Shown piece after piece: positions 24,861-37,372 of a stretch of 64,000 nucleotides of DNA; the stretch's first letter is position 1; every line of letters begins with the position of its first letter. This stretch comes from Podarcis liolepis (taxonomy: Eukaryota). Location: assembly GCA_965112155.1 (NCBI GenBank), contig OZ218101.1; one strand, given 5' to 3'. The notes under the pieces are model-generated. The model was not told the DNA's origin and made no database searches. It saw only the letters and a program-made list of their open reading frames with translations. Position numbers and translations under genes: made by a program.

Positions 24861-25449
24861 GTAAGCACTCCTTGTTCCACTCCCACAGCCTTCCTTTAGC
24901 ATAGATTCCCTGCCTTATGGAATTTCTTCTCCACTCCCTGCAACCCACTATTGGGGGTTTCTTGGCCCTGTGACCTTCCTTTCCAACTCCTGCTAATTCT
25001 GCTCCTTCGCTTCTGAGGCAAAGCTTCTCTCCAGCTCATCCCTCTGTCCCTGTGCTCCTCCAGGCTCTCTCTCTTGCAAAATCTCCTTTCTCTACCCTCC
25101 ACCTTTCTGACTCCGGCCTCTCCAGAGCTATCACCCTACCTGCTTTGTCTCTCACAGTTTGGGACTCTCCTGGGAAGTGCAGCCAGCTGCTTTTTTATTC
25201 TTCAGCCATGTGCACATTCCTCAGTTCTGACTGTGGTGCCGGGAGGATGCCTCCCTTCCGGAAGGCTCATCAATCCTGCTGGCAGCTGCGGAGCTGGCTC
25301 CTGACATGGATTATCACCCAATAACAATCTGATTTAATAACATGTCCATTGGTTAAGACTTCCTCTGTACCTTGGGCATTTTGTGCCTGGCTTATGCCAA
25401 CTTTAGTACTCATACCTATTTTCATCTCACCCGGTGTACCAGTGGATAT

Positions 25450-25815
25450 ATCACTGTCTAAATAAATCTCCAATCCTGTTTGAATCTCATTAATCACTTA
25501 GCCTCAATTACATCTCTTGACAGTGAGTTCCACCGATGCACCTTTACGCACTGTGTACAAGTACACTTCCTTTACAAAGCTGCATTTTTTAATATTTAAA
25601 TTTAATTGATGTTCCTCTTTTGTGTTCTGCTCGGAAAGTAAATAGAAGCTGTTGATTGACCTTCACGATTCTGTTCATTATTTTCACACCTCTATCACGT
25701 CTCCTCTTATTTGTCTCTGCTGAAGTAAATACGACTAATCTTCTTAATCTCTCTTTATAAGGAAGCCTGTTAAAGACTCTAATCATCCCCATTGCCCTTC
25801 TCTTAGTTCTTTCTA
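25450..25815 (-). mobile_element. Old CR1 ORF2 3' fragment
   Basis: ORF 25589-25792 (MGMIRVFNRLPYKERLRRL...) resembles the CR1 motif MI.GL..LPYEERL..L.LF.L..RR.RG. Confidence 0.7.
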
Positions 25816-26377
25816 TTTTTACTGTCTATCCTTTTGGAGAAAGGGTGTGTGTAGCATCTTTGAGCATAGTATACAAAACACATTTCTTATTTGTTTTATA
25901 ACAGTTGCTTATCTCACCCTCCCAATACCCTTCTTTCCCCCTGGTTTCTTTTAAAAGACATGCATTATGCAGGGTAGTAAATGACTGGAAAAGGAGGTGC
26001 AGAAAAAAACTATAAATTGTAGATGACAAACCTGAAACATGGGTGCCACAAGTGGAATAGGCAGCAACGTGGTAACAGGATCAGTAGTGTTCGTGGATTA
26101 GATATGAAATTGAACCAGGCATGCACTGGTGCCTTTTTTTTTTTTACTTGCTCAGTTGTCAGGGGGGCACCTATGCATTGTAGCACACACTGCAGTGGTG
26201 CTATATCATACTTTGGACAAATTGTAGCAATGCCATTGGAGTTTTAATTATCTGATTTGAAATACGAATTTGTTGAGTTGCTAATAGCCAGATACCTCTA
26301 TGCTTGTGGGCTACCCAATGGCATGTGCCTTCAGACAAATTGGGCCTTTCTGGGGGTTTTGCCTACCTCACAGCAAG

Positions 26378-26740
26378 TGTCACAACTTTATGGTGAATCC
26401 ATTGGGCTGGATCTTTAATTGAACCAGACAGGGGGTGCCCCTTGCTCCTTGGGATCAAGGTATCCCTTTAATGGGATCCTGGGGGAAGTGGTTTTATCCT
26501 GATGCCCAGAAGGGAGCTGACAGGCTATAGGACACCAAGTGGCGACCTTGAGGGGGTTGCCCTGATTTGATGTTCTCCATAGGGCAACCCTTAACCATGT
26601 CTAGCATCCACCAGCGATCAAGCTGGTTGATGTCAGGATATGCATCCAATGCTGATGCCAAAACCTGCTAACTTCTATAATCAATAAAAGTTGTAGTCTG
26701 TATGAAATCCCGATATGGTTGTCTTTAGTTACAACTAACA
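26378..26740 (+). mobile_element. Possible solo LTR
   Basis: TGT...ACA ends and AATAAA at ~26683 near the 3' end. No TSD found. Confidence 0.35.
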
Positions 26741-26864
26741 TCATGACTGCCCCATCCTATCCACAGATCCATTGCACCTGGGCCCATAAGTAAGCTTCAT
26801 TGAGTCAATAGGACTTACTTCCAGCTACGTGTGCAAGACTTAGTTGTGATGCATGTGTGAAACA

Positions 26865-27016
26865 TGGATCCTTATAGGATTGGTCCATCTAATTTGCTAT
26901 TGGCCTCACTGACTGGCAGTGACTCCAGAATTTGAGGCAGGAACTTTCCCTACCCGAAGACACCAGATGCTAAATGTTGGACCTTCTGAATACAAAGCAT
27001 TTGCTCCACCACTGCA
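26865..27016 (-). mobile_element. Decayed tRNA-derived SINE (family of 8449)
   Basis: TTGGTCCATCTA...CTGACTGGCAGTGACTCCAG...GGACCTTCTG...AAAGCATTTGCTCCACCACTG. Confidence 0.6.
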
Positions 27017-29070
27017 AAAGGAGAAACTTTGGAAATAACAACAGACAAAACAAAACTATGACTGAGATGAATCAGTGATACCACTTGGGTCAATTCCATT
27101 TTTCCCCCCTGCAAACACAAGGATGCTGTTTTCCTCTAAGGCACTGAAACCCTCTTGTGTTTCTGAGAGAGGCCTCAGTGGTGGTTGGATTTCCAAGCAG
27201 CTCGCCAACATCACTGGTTCTAAAACTAAAATTCCAGGGGCAGGGTAGTGGTAAAATGAAAAGCATGAGTGTGTGTGCTTCAACATTACAAGCTGGTAGA
27301 TAATCCTTAGTAAACAAATACGCTTTGTTCAAACACATGCCTAGAAATTCATAAATATCAAACTGATTCCATAGAGCTGAAGGGAGTTCCCCCTTCAATT
27401 TTGAACTATAGTACAGTTGCTAAGAAAGTACCCTACCAATCTCCCACTTTAATACTCTTGCTGTATTGACATTGACTCTTTCCCCTATCTTTTGCTTTGA
27501 AAAAACAGGGATCAATCAGCTAAACTAAACAGTTTCAACTGGAGAATTTTCAGTATAGCCTACTCCTCCTCTTCTAATGTCAGGATTGTAACCAAATTGT
27601 TTTGTGGATACAATCATTTTCCATGGTTGCAAAGAACCTTTGGGGAAGCAGTTCAGTTCTACCATGCACCCAGCTTCCTTTCATGTGTACTGTGTATTTG
27701 TGTGTATCACATGTGCTCTCTCTGCATGCTTTTCCTGGAGCTATGATCATAAGACGTTTCCCTCCCTGTCACATGTACTATATGTTGAAATCTGTGATCT
27801 ACTATTAATAAAAACAGGTAGTGTGCGAACTGAAAATGGGAGTGGGTTTTGAAAGCACATTTTTAGAAACACAATAAATGTTTTCCTTTCATTTCCTTTC
27901 AAATGTGCCTGCATTCTCAATGTTTCATTTTTCTTCTTTTTAATGGTTAAGAAAAACTGATAACCAAAATTTTTAGATTCCCAATAGAAATAGATATACA
28001 CACACCGCTACCAACAAGCCCTGGTTTCATTCATCAAAACTTGCTTTCCTTTTTTTTAGAAAATAGAAAGAATTTTATCAGGGTGGAAAATCTTTCATAA
28101 TTTTTTATTTGGAGGAATGATTGTTTGAAAAAAGAAAACTGTTTCCATTAGAAAACTTTTGATGGACTCATGGTAGATGTGACTCTGTAGGTAGCAATAT
28201 ACTTAGAATGAAGCAATACATTTAGAGGAGAGCCAGGGAGGATAATCAATCTAGAGGCTGGCTTATCAGATGAGAGTGTTGGTCTTCTGTGCATTTATGA
28301 GGGATAGACCTGCTTAGTATTTTGCTCATGATGTGTTCTCCTACCTCTGTGAACCAAAATGACTCTCCTCTGATTCTAGAGTATGCATCTTAATTTAGTT
28401 TGCTCACAAATACCTTGTTAAACAATAGTCCTGCCTCTAGAGATCACACCAAGAGTTCAGTTTCACACCCCTGTCAATTCTCTGTACTGTACCCAAGCGA
28501 AAGTAAGGAGGTCCAGCTTACACTGGCCATAAAGTCTATTAATCTCTGAATGAATGTGTATTTTTGCAACATATTCGGCTCCATCAGCAGTGTAGCATTT
28601 CCATTATTTTCCTTAAGGCAAGCCATGTCAAGAGTATACATAAGGCTGCCAGTACTATAAACAATCAGAGCACAGCCAAGCCTCTGAAAGTCCAATGGCA
28701 ATTTATTAAGACAGGAAGTAAACTTCGCAAAATTATCTTCTCCCACAATGAATGTGAACACAGTGAACTATTTACCATGTAGGAGTACTATAGTATGCAC
28801 ATGACCACTTAGTAAGCAAGATTTCTACAGTATCTTTCCGAGAATGAAGAATTATATACATAACAGGTGCAGCAATCTTTTAGTGTGTGGGGAAAAAATC
28901 AAATAAAGAATAAATCATAGTTTGACAAGCACATAAAAAAAAAGAAAGTCCATACACATTATCTCATTGATTCTTAGGCTTTCACCAAACTTCTCACTTT
29001 ATAAACAGATGTGTATTCTATAGCTTCAGGTTTTAGGTCATATAGCAAGCAGCTTTCTATCTCAAGCATT

Positions 29071-29290
29071 ATGTTGTTGTTGGCATTTGTCTGTCTTGGG
29101 AGAAAATGGAGTGCCCCTCCAGGGGTGCACTGCTGTGTTAGCAGCACCGAAGTGACCTGCCTGGGGCACAGTGTATATGGAGGTCCTGTGCTGCCCAGAT
29201 GATAGGACCCCCCCTTCCTTGCCTCACTGATATGGTCCAAAGAAAAGAAGAGCAATATGTTTGGCACCAGCTTGCCTGCAGGAGTTGCTC
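29071..29290 (-). mobile_element. Retroposon 3' end with RTE-like tail (SINE or LINE fragment)
   Basis: Minus strand ends ...AGACAGACAAATGCCAACAACAACA, an RTE-type 3' end with a (CAA)n tail; the body is GC-richer than the flanks. Confidence 0.5.
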
Positions 29291-31124
29291 TCATCTTAAA
29301 GGGGGGGGGGGAACCATTCTGTGTTTCAACAGAGAAAGCTAAGAAAACAAAGCAAAAAATTACATTTGAAAGAGCAACAAGACCAAACTTACACTGGCAC
29401 CCTCTGTAACAGCACAGGTTGCAGACTGCACTGTGGGAAGAAGGGGAGACAAGTGAAGTAGCTAACCCAGCTTCTCCTTTGATATTCCTCACTACCACTA
29501 AGTGGATATTTTTATTCCCTGGATGCCTCCACTGAAGGACCCTTTAACCTCTGGAATTTGGCCCAGATGACTCTCTGTGCTGGGCAAGGTGGTCAGATAA
29601 TTAAGCATGGGGTGAAGAACAAGGCCTTAAAGATTTTTTTCCCTCCCAAAAACAACTTTAGCTTTTACTAAAGGCATTTGAAAGGCAGCCACTTAAAGTT
29701 ATTACAAAGATTTTTTTATTTTAGTTTTAGAAAATTCTTGAACAGTTTGAAAAGTCAACCATTAAGAACCAAATGGAAGTAACATAGGGCAAAAAATCAT
29801 CCTGCTAAAATAAACTGGACTGTTTCCCTACCCAAGCCAATCCTTGGCAGTTCTTCATTTCTTGGGCTGAACTTTTTACCCTTCTGTAAACTTTTGAATG
29901 TTCTGATCAGAATAAGTCTGCAAAGTAGAAAGCAACCATATAACAAAAAGTGCAAAATAAAATGCTGGAATAATTACACTCCTTCTCACCCTCCTTTCTT
30001 CTAGGTTTTCCTCATCAAAGTCACCAAAAGATGGTTCACCTTTGGAAGATGCAAACTTACACCCTGTGCATCTGCCTGAACCATAGTGAACCTTCTTCAC
30101 ACTGTCTAATTTCATCAGGAACAGAAATGCTGGTAAACAGCATTCAACATCTCCACAAAGTCTAACCAGGTAACAAATGGACAAACCATTAAGATAAAAG
30201 GGAGACTGATAATTCACTACAAGTACCTCTGCTGCCCCTGCAAAAGGGGTAGGGGAGTTTTGCTTTTATTTGGACCAAATTTTCATTTACATTTGACAAA
30301 TCCCTCCCAAACATGTGATTGTTCACACAATCCAAGCAAGGTTTTTAAAAATGGCTGCAGTTTTGTTCAAAATTAGGACTAACCTGCTGTGCATAGCAGT
30401 GATGTCACCACATGGGGTTATTCTCCACTTCAAGTAATTGGCTGCCACATGAGGAGGAGGCCAAAGAAATCACATGGGTAAGTGGCCTTAAGAATTTGCT
30501 GTGGGTAGGAGAACCAGATATGGGCCTTCCATTTTCTGTAGCAGTCCCAGTTCTAGAGTAATGTCTATTTACACGCTCTGAGAATTGGGATCCCTCTTTG
30601 GTTTTAACTGACTGATATAAATGAAGATAATGTCTCCTTGTGTGTCCTCTGAAGAGAACAAGTGCTTGGGGTCATCTTGGTTCCCTTTAGAATAAAGCTG
30701 TGAAATTATAGCAAATTTCGTACAGCATTAACTCTTTGACATGGCTTCTGTGGATGTTATTATGTGCCAATCCTTCCAAAAGAAGAGCTGGGGTTTCCAT
30801 AAAACATGAAGTCCAAAACTTTAATGCCTATACTTGATGATTAGGAGTGTTCCTTATTAAATCCTCTTGCCTGGAATGGCACATTGTGGATATGGAGCCA
30901 AGGTAAGCACATTAAGAGTTTTTGTTAAGCACACTCTCTCCCCAAATGAGGAATCTTCTCCCTAAGTCAGGCACACTGGAATAGGGTAAACGAATAGAAA
31001 TAAGATTTATAAATTAGAAAGAATGAGTGGTGGAAATTAAGAGGGATGTATATACATTAGTAGACAGTCAGCCTTTGTAGTCAGCATAGGTATCAGCTAG
31101 CCTAGTCCTTGTTGGTATTGTCAT

Positions 31125-31325
31125 CATCATGATCTATTTATATTCAGTTTCATCCAAGGAGTTCAAGGCAGCATACCGAGGTCTTTCCCCCATTTTATCT
31201 TCACCACAACTCTATCAAGTAGGTTATGTTGGGAGATGGTGACCAGCCCAAACGAGCTTCATATCTAACTAAGGATCTGAACCCGGGTCTTTCTGGTCCT
31301 AAGCTGACACTCTAACCACTAAATC
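31125..31325 (-). mobile_element. MIR/Ther1-like SINE, decayed
   Basis: Minus strand GTGGTTAGAGTGTCAGCTTAGGACCAGAAAGACCCGGGTTCAGATCC...GTTGTGGTGAAGATAAAATGGGG; similar to the 6763 copy. Confidence 0.65.
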
Positions 31326-33369
31326 ACATTGTCATTAGCCATCACCATTTCTGCCTGGTCAGGCCACTCCTACTGTGGACTGCTGTGATTGGATGCGATT
31401 TGAAATTACAAAGTCGGCATCTGTTTTTCTAGGATACTCACTTAGTCCTGCTACTGTGCACCAAGTATAGTTTACAACGCAACATTTATGGGTCAGTATA
31501 TTTGCACACAGGTTTCTTATAGACAGCCTCCTGTGTAGCCACCACTGAAATTAATAAGGGCTGATTTTCCCACCACTTGTTCTACTGGTGGTCTTGTGTG
31601 CATGCCAAGTCTATCAATGTGGTTTTAAAAGGAGATTGTCTGTTGGAGTGAATTTTAAGATAACATTTGCATCAAAGGGCCTTTGGAAGCTGAAAAGCAC
31701 AAGCATTTAGGTATGGCTCAAAGAAATGTCCAGTTGGGCAACGTGCAGTGAAAGAAAAATTGCTATGGGATTTATGTGTTCACTCTGCCCACAAGGTTGA
31801 ATCTGAACTGCTGCACTTTTCAGCAATTGGAGGAGCAAGTAGTAGATACCAAAATCATGCAGTGAATCATTTGAGTCTAAAAGGAGAGAGAGAGAGAATT
31901 AATGTAAAAAATGTACTACTAATTATTATCTGTGGTGGAAATAGAAAACCACTAGAAACTCTATAGAATGGAAGGGAAATTGGGTATAATAAACATTGTA
32001 ATATGGACAGACTATCTTTAGAAACTGTAAATTTAGGTGGGCAAAAGGTAGAGCATTATCTACTTGTAGATATTTGGGTAATTTAAAGAAGGTCAGCGAG
32101 GATTTTTAACTCCCAACTGTTTAACCATGGCAACAAGGAGAGCTTCCAGATTACCTGTTTATTGAACATTCATCCTGATTTGTTTGCAAGTTTAGACAAC
32201 GTCTATCAGCTATTTAGTGAGCATTCACTCTGAATGTAGTAATCTCCTTACTTATAATGGATGCATATATTGTCTGTAACATCAGGTTCCTATTATGCAA
32301 TGTCATTAAAACCCCGCTTCAGGATATTTGTGGTGGCACATCCTGCTGCAATTTGAATTGTTGGTGGAATTTTTACATGGCCACTTTTTGGACCCAATGA
32401 ATCCATGCTGAAAATCATAGACAACACATTGCCAACAAAGCAGTAGTTCTGATAAGATCAGGGGTTCTGTAAGGGAGCTCCCCTAAGGTTAGCTGACTCT
32501 CGAGTCAAACTTTACTTGTGCCTTAAGGAGTCCTAAAAGCTGCAGACAAACATAGGAATATCAATGAGAGTGGTAGTCCAGCAGCCATTTAGCTGTTGTT
32601 CTCTTGGGGACAGCACTATCTATTGATCTCAGGGTTAAAAAAGACAAAAAGCTATATGGATGTTCCAAGGGCTTCGGTCCACTCCTAATAATAGCTCAAA
32701 GTGCTGGGTTACTTCTCAAACATCTTGAAAAAAGAGCAGCAAGCACACCACTAAATCAAACCAGAGAAGGCTTAAAATGGGTTTTGAAACAAGTCTTGTG
32801 TGGGAAACAAATGCAATGAGGTCAAGATGCCAAGAGGTACAAAGGCCAAAGGCCCACAGGGCTATAAAACTAACTGAATTATCCAGAAATTAACACATTG
32901 GGGTCACTCGGAAGACATGGGACTTAATGATGGAAGGTTATTAGGTAAAACCCAGGTGGTTTCTCAAAGCTGCTGTTTTGCAGTGAGCAATGGCACAGTT
33001 ATATGGAGCAGCTGTGTCTGTGGGAACTGCATGTTTCAGAAAGAAACAGACTTGTTTAATGGCTAGTGGAAATGAAAGATCATTGACAAAAGATTTAGAT
33101 GTGATGTCACATGCTTAGCATGTAACAGCCTTATTTTTTTTTTAACCCCATTAAAGGGAGGGTACTCATAACTATTTGGGATCCCAGCAGGCAGGGAGAG
33201 AGATTTAACTCTTTTCTCCATTTCTCCATTTCTAACATGCTGACAAATGTCTGAATCAGGTTGCTGCCTTGGAAGAAAACCCCTCACTGGTACCAATGCA
33301 AATTGCACCTTCAAGTGTGCAAATTTTATCAGCACAACATATGGACCTGGCTAAGTTTGACATCTTCAG

Positions 33370-33738
33370 GGAAGGTGTTCTCTCAGTCCTTGCACCTTCA
33401 AAGGCACACTTGGTGGGGACATGAGGAGAGGGCCTTCTCAGCGGCTGTTTTCAAACTCCTGGAGAAGCCAGACTGGCTCCCTACTTATTGTTCTTCCTCT
33501 GAGAGGATAAGGCCTTGTTCCAACAGGCTTTTGAGAATTGACTGCTTTTAATGAAAGGGCTAGTGCTATACTGTTTTATTGCAATTATTTGTAGGTTTTA
33601 AACAGATTTTATATACATATAAGATTTTAATTCCATTAATGTTTATTTGTTTTTAACGATTTAATTTTTTTCCTGTTTTAAGCAATTCTTGTTTTTATAC
33701 AAAAGCAACCTTAATAAAGGCGGGCTATAAATAAAAAT
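33370..33738 (+). mobile_element. L2 LINE 3' end fragment
   Basis: ERAFSAAVFKLL...LAP motif, a T-rich UTR and an AGGCGGGCTATAAATAAA tail. Confidence 0.6.
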
Positions 33739-34080
33739 GTAGGGACGCGGGTGGCGCTGTGGGTAAAAGCCTCAGCGCCTAGGGCTTGCCGATCGAAAGG
33801 TTGGCGGTTTGAATCCCCGCGGCGGGGTGCGCTCCCGTTGTTCGGTCCCAGTGCCTGCCAACCTAGCAGTTCGAAAGCACCCCCGGGTGCAAGTAGATAA
33901 ATAGGGACCGCTTTATAGCTGGAAGGTAAACGGCATTCCGTGTGCGGCTCTGGCTCGCTGGCTACGTGACCTGGAAGTGTCTCCGGACAGCGCTGGCTCC
34001 TGGCCTCTAGAGTGAGATGAGCGCACAACCCTAGAGTCTGTCAAGACTGGCCCGTACGGGTAGGGGTACCTTTACCTTTT
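33739..34080 (+). mobile_element. Full-length Sauria SINE
   Basis: Head GGGACGCGGGTGGCGCTGTGGGTAAAAGCCTCAG, tail ACCTTTACCTTT, and a 13-bp TSD TATAAATAAAAAT (33726-33738 / 34081-34093). CpG-rich, so young. Confidence 0.95.
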
Positions 34081-35675
34081 TATAAATAAAAATATGATGA
34101 TGATGATGACCTCTCTTCGGGAACCTGCGCACTCATTTGTTCATGTTAAGCCATAGTTCTGCTTAGTGTTCTATGTGAACTGACCCATTTTCTTGTATCA
34201 TGCTGGCCAGAGCAGTTGGGAACCACTGTGTGACTTGGCAGCCACCTCTTACATGATTGTGCTGTTCTTCATATGCTGTTTTTTAAATTCAGTATTTGTA
34301 TACACTATCATCTTTCCAACTTTTGTCAGAATTTCCTTGCAACCCTTCGCTGTGACTTAAGCAGTGAAAATACTCTGTGGATTTTCACCCACGAATCAAC
34401 ACAATAAAAAGAAGTGACAGCTTTATTAAGCATATTACATATTGAACAGCCTTAAACTGAATCGGACCACTGGACCATGTACTCCTATACTATCTAGTTC
34501 AGCAAGCAGCAGCTCTCCAAAGTCTCAGGCAAAAGTCTTTTTCAGCTCTGTTACATGAAAACGTTTTAAATGGAGGTGCCTAGCACCAAGTTTTGAACTG
34601 TTGCTTACGAGACAACAGCAGATGAGTCTGTGCAGTCTTTTATAAGCATATACAAGTCTCCAAATTTTAACTTCCTTGCGAACTGGCTCTTTATCCTTTT
34701 ACAAATCACATGGGTTTACAGAATATTGATAGGTATGTCAGTGCCCAGCCTTCTGCTCAAGATTTTGGATGCAACCGCACACACTTCCATTGATCTTCAC
34801 AGACAGTACAAGGATGTGCAACTCCAGGGCACCTAACAAAAGAACACAGCTGCTTGGCACACACGTCTCTCTGCAGGTTGGACTTCAGATACTGTATTAA
34901 TCCCCAGGCCTTCTTTGGGAAATGAAAGTCCTTGACTCAGGCACGAATGTTACTGGCAAAGTTCCCATTACTGTAAAACAGCCTACCAGTAACCACCCCA
35001 TGCTCTCATGTATGCATGCCTTAGCTCACTCTCTGCATCCTCCTAAGGTCATTACACCATAATTCAATACCTCATTTCCTTTTCAGGGTATGCACAGGTC
35101 CAAAAATAGTGCTAAAGTTTCACTTTGAGACACATCTGGACAATGCAGAACCTGAATGAGAAATACCAAGTAAAAACTTTTGATGATATGCTTGTGTTCC
35201 AGGTCTGTAACAGCAACAGGGCTGTTGTCAGCCCCTGGCACCCTTGGGCAGTTGCCAGGGCCCATGCTGATACCTGGCTGTACCCCCTCTAACTTTTTCC
35301 AGCCTGGCACTCACAGCAACTTGAGGCAGCTGAATCCGGCTTCTTTTTACTTTCCTATAAAGCCCCCATCTTGTGTCACTCAGAGGTCACATTGCCTAGG
35401 ACTCCCTCAAGCCTGGATCCGACCCTAAACAGCAGGCTAGCATGCCGATCTTGTCTTCAGATGCTTCACCTACCACTGAGCAGATCAAATAATAGGTGAG
35501 CACTGTAACATGCATTTACAAGTGGCAGTCTTTCTGGTAGTAATGGTTTTAGGATGTTGTGTGTACATGAAAAGTAAAGAAGATATAGCCTTCTTTGCCA
35601 TCAAACATGAAAGTAGAAGACTAATAAGTGACACTGCCTTGAACTGGATGTCCAGACTCTTCCAGCTGCTCCCAT

Positions 35676-36184
35676 TAGGGGGCAAAGGAAGGCGTCATGA
35701 CAGCCAGGGCAGGCATCACTATGTAGGGCGCATGTGCGGCGTTGCTACGTATGACACATGCTCCATACGTAGCGACACCGCACATGCTCTGTATAGCAGT
35801 TTGCCACCGGCACTGCTCCAGCGCCATACGGACGGTGCCGGGATCCCTCCGGTGCCGCTACAGCCACAAACGAAGGATCCCAGCACTGTCCATATGGCGT
35901 TGGACTGGCATTGGCAGCAAACCGCTATACAGAGCATGTGCAGTGTCGCTACGTACAGCACATGCATGCGACGCCGCACATGTACCATACTTAGCGGTTT
36001 GCTGCTGGCGCCAGGATCCTCTGTTTGCAGCTGCAGCTGCGAACGGAGGATCCTCTGAAGGTGGCTGTGGCAGTGCGATGGCTGTTCACGCCCCCGCGAG
36101 CCCCCGTGGGGTGACTTCTTGTCACTCCTGCAGACATGAAACCCGGGGCGTACCGCCCCCCACACCCCTGTTGTGACGCCACTG
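35676..36184. mobile_element. CpG-rich non-autonomous hAT-like element with long internal hairpin
   Basis: 8-bp direct repeat GCTCCCAT at 35668-35675 and 36185-36192. Right end GTGACGCCACTG is a hAT-type TIR; the left TIR is degenerate. Internal inverted arms of ~85 bp. Confidence 0.75.
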
Positions 36185-37119
36185 GCTCCCATGACTCATC
36201 TTGGGGTAGCCAGTGGGTATGCATCCCTGGTGCAGTGCGTGAAGGCCCCTGACAATCCTTAGCAGTCTCCCTCCCAAGTGAAACAGATTGTGCAAAACCG
36301 AATGAAGTCTCTAAATGTGATTTTCATCAATTGGCTGCTTGGCTTTAAACCACAAGCGGGCTGCTACCAGTGACCACAATCTGCTTAACGGCTCTTTCGG
36401 GATGGGGGAGAAGGTTGAATTCATTTCCATCAGTTTTGCAGTACAGACAGATTATGGCACACAATCTTCCATGAGGTTTATATTATGTCACTTTGCTGGC
36501 TGCTCTGAAGTAAAGATTGGCGTTCAGGGTACTCGCCTCTATCTCTAATACTAGATCTCATAAACTGAGTAGTGGATTGAGGCTGTCTTGCAGGACCCTC
36601 TGGTAGGATTTGAGAAACACTATTTTTTAAAAAATATACAGTAGGACATGACTAGTATTTTAATGAATAACTGGTTATGAGACATTATTAGCAATAATTA
36701 GGGGGTGTGGTTAAATTTGAGAGAAATATGAGGCAACACAGATACTAAAAGAAAATGAAGCCCTGGGTCTAGATGTTCCAACTCTTGAATGCTGTAAAGT
36801 ATTTGTAAAATAGAAGGCATTGCATAACTGATTGTGTTCTAATATGAAACACACAGTTAATTTTAACTACCTTCTTTCATTTATTACATTTCAGATTTGA
36901 ACATTATGGCTTTGCTTTTATTAAAAAAATCAATGGAGAAACTCAACAAATTTTTAAATGAAAGTTGAATTAACCTGCTTTCTTTCACTATAACTATTTG
37001 AAACACCAATGAGTAAATGCTGGCTGCACCTTTCTTCTATGGTTTTAGCTTGCATCAGTAGCCACAAGTTAAATGTGCTGAAAACTCTTTCAGTGCCACA
37101 ATTTCAAACATTGGTTGTA

Positions 37120-37372
37120 CAGTGGTGCCTCGCAAGACGAAAATAATTCGTTCCGCGAGTCTTTTCGTCTTGCGATGTTTTTCGTCTTGCGAAGCACGGT
37201 CCGTCGCAACTGGGCCTCTTCAAGTGGCTTTTTTAAAAAAGGACAAGACGTTTTCATCTTGCGAAGCAAGCCCATAGGGAAATTCGTCTAGCGAAGCAAC
37301 ACAAAACCGAAAAACCCTTTCGTCTAGTGAGTTTTTCGTCTTGTGAGGCATTCGTCTTGCGGGGCACCACTG
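37120..37372. mobile_element. Tc1/mariner-type MITE, family B
   Basis: TIRs CAGTGGTGCCTCGCAAGACGAA / TTCGTCTTGCGGGGCACCACTG, TA on both sides, and repeated internal TTCGTCTTGCGA motifs. Confidence 0.92.

Noticed and set aside
28974-29498. 174-aa minus-strand ORF
   Set aside because: It crosses a retroposon fragment and a homopolymer run and is not a plausible single exon.
30383-30500. Extra upstream minus-strand exon for the 28.5-30.1 kb chain
   Set aside because: It has stops in all three frames, which weakens the coding-exon hypothesis.
35510-36224. Four overlapping ORFs of up to 182 aa on both strands
   Set aside because: They arise from the GC-rich palindromic element, which is poor in stop codons; there is no recognisable domain.
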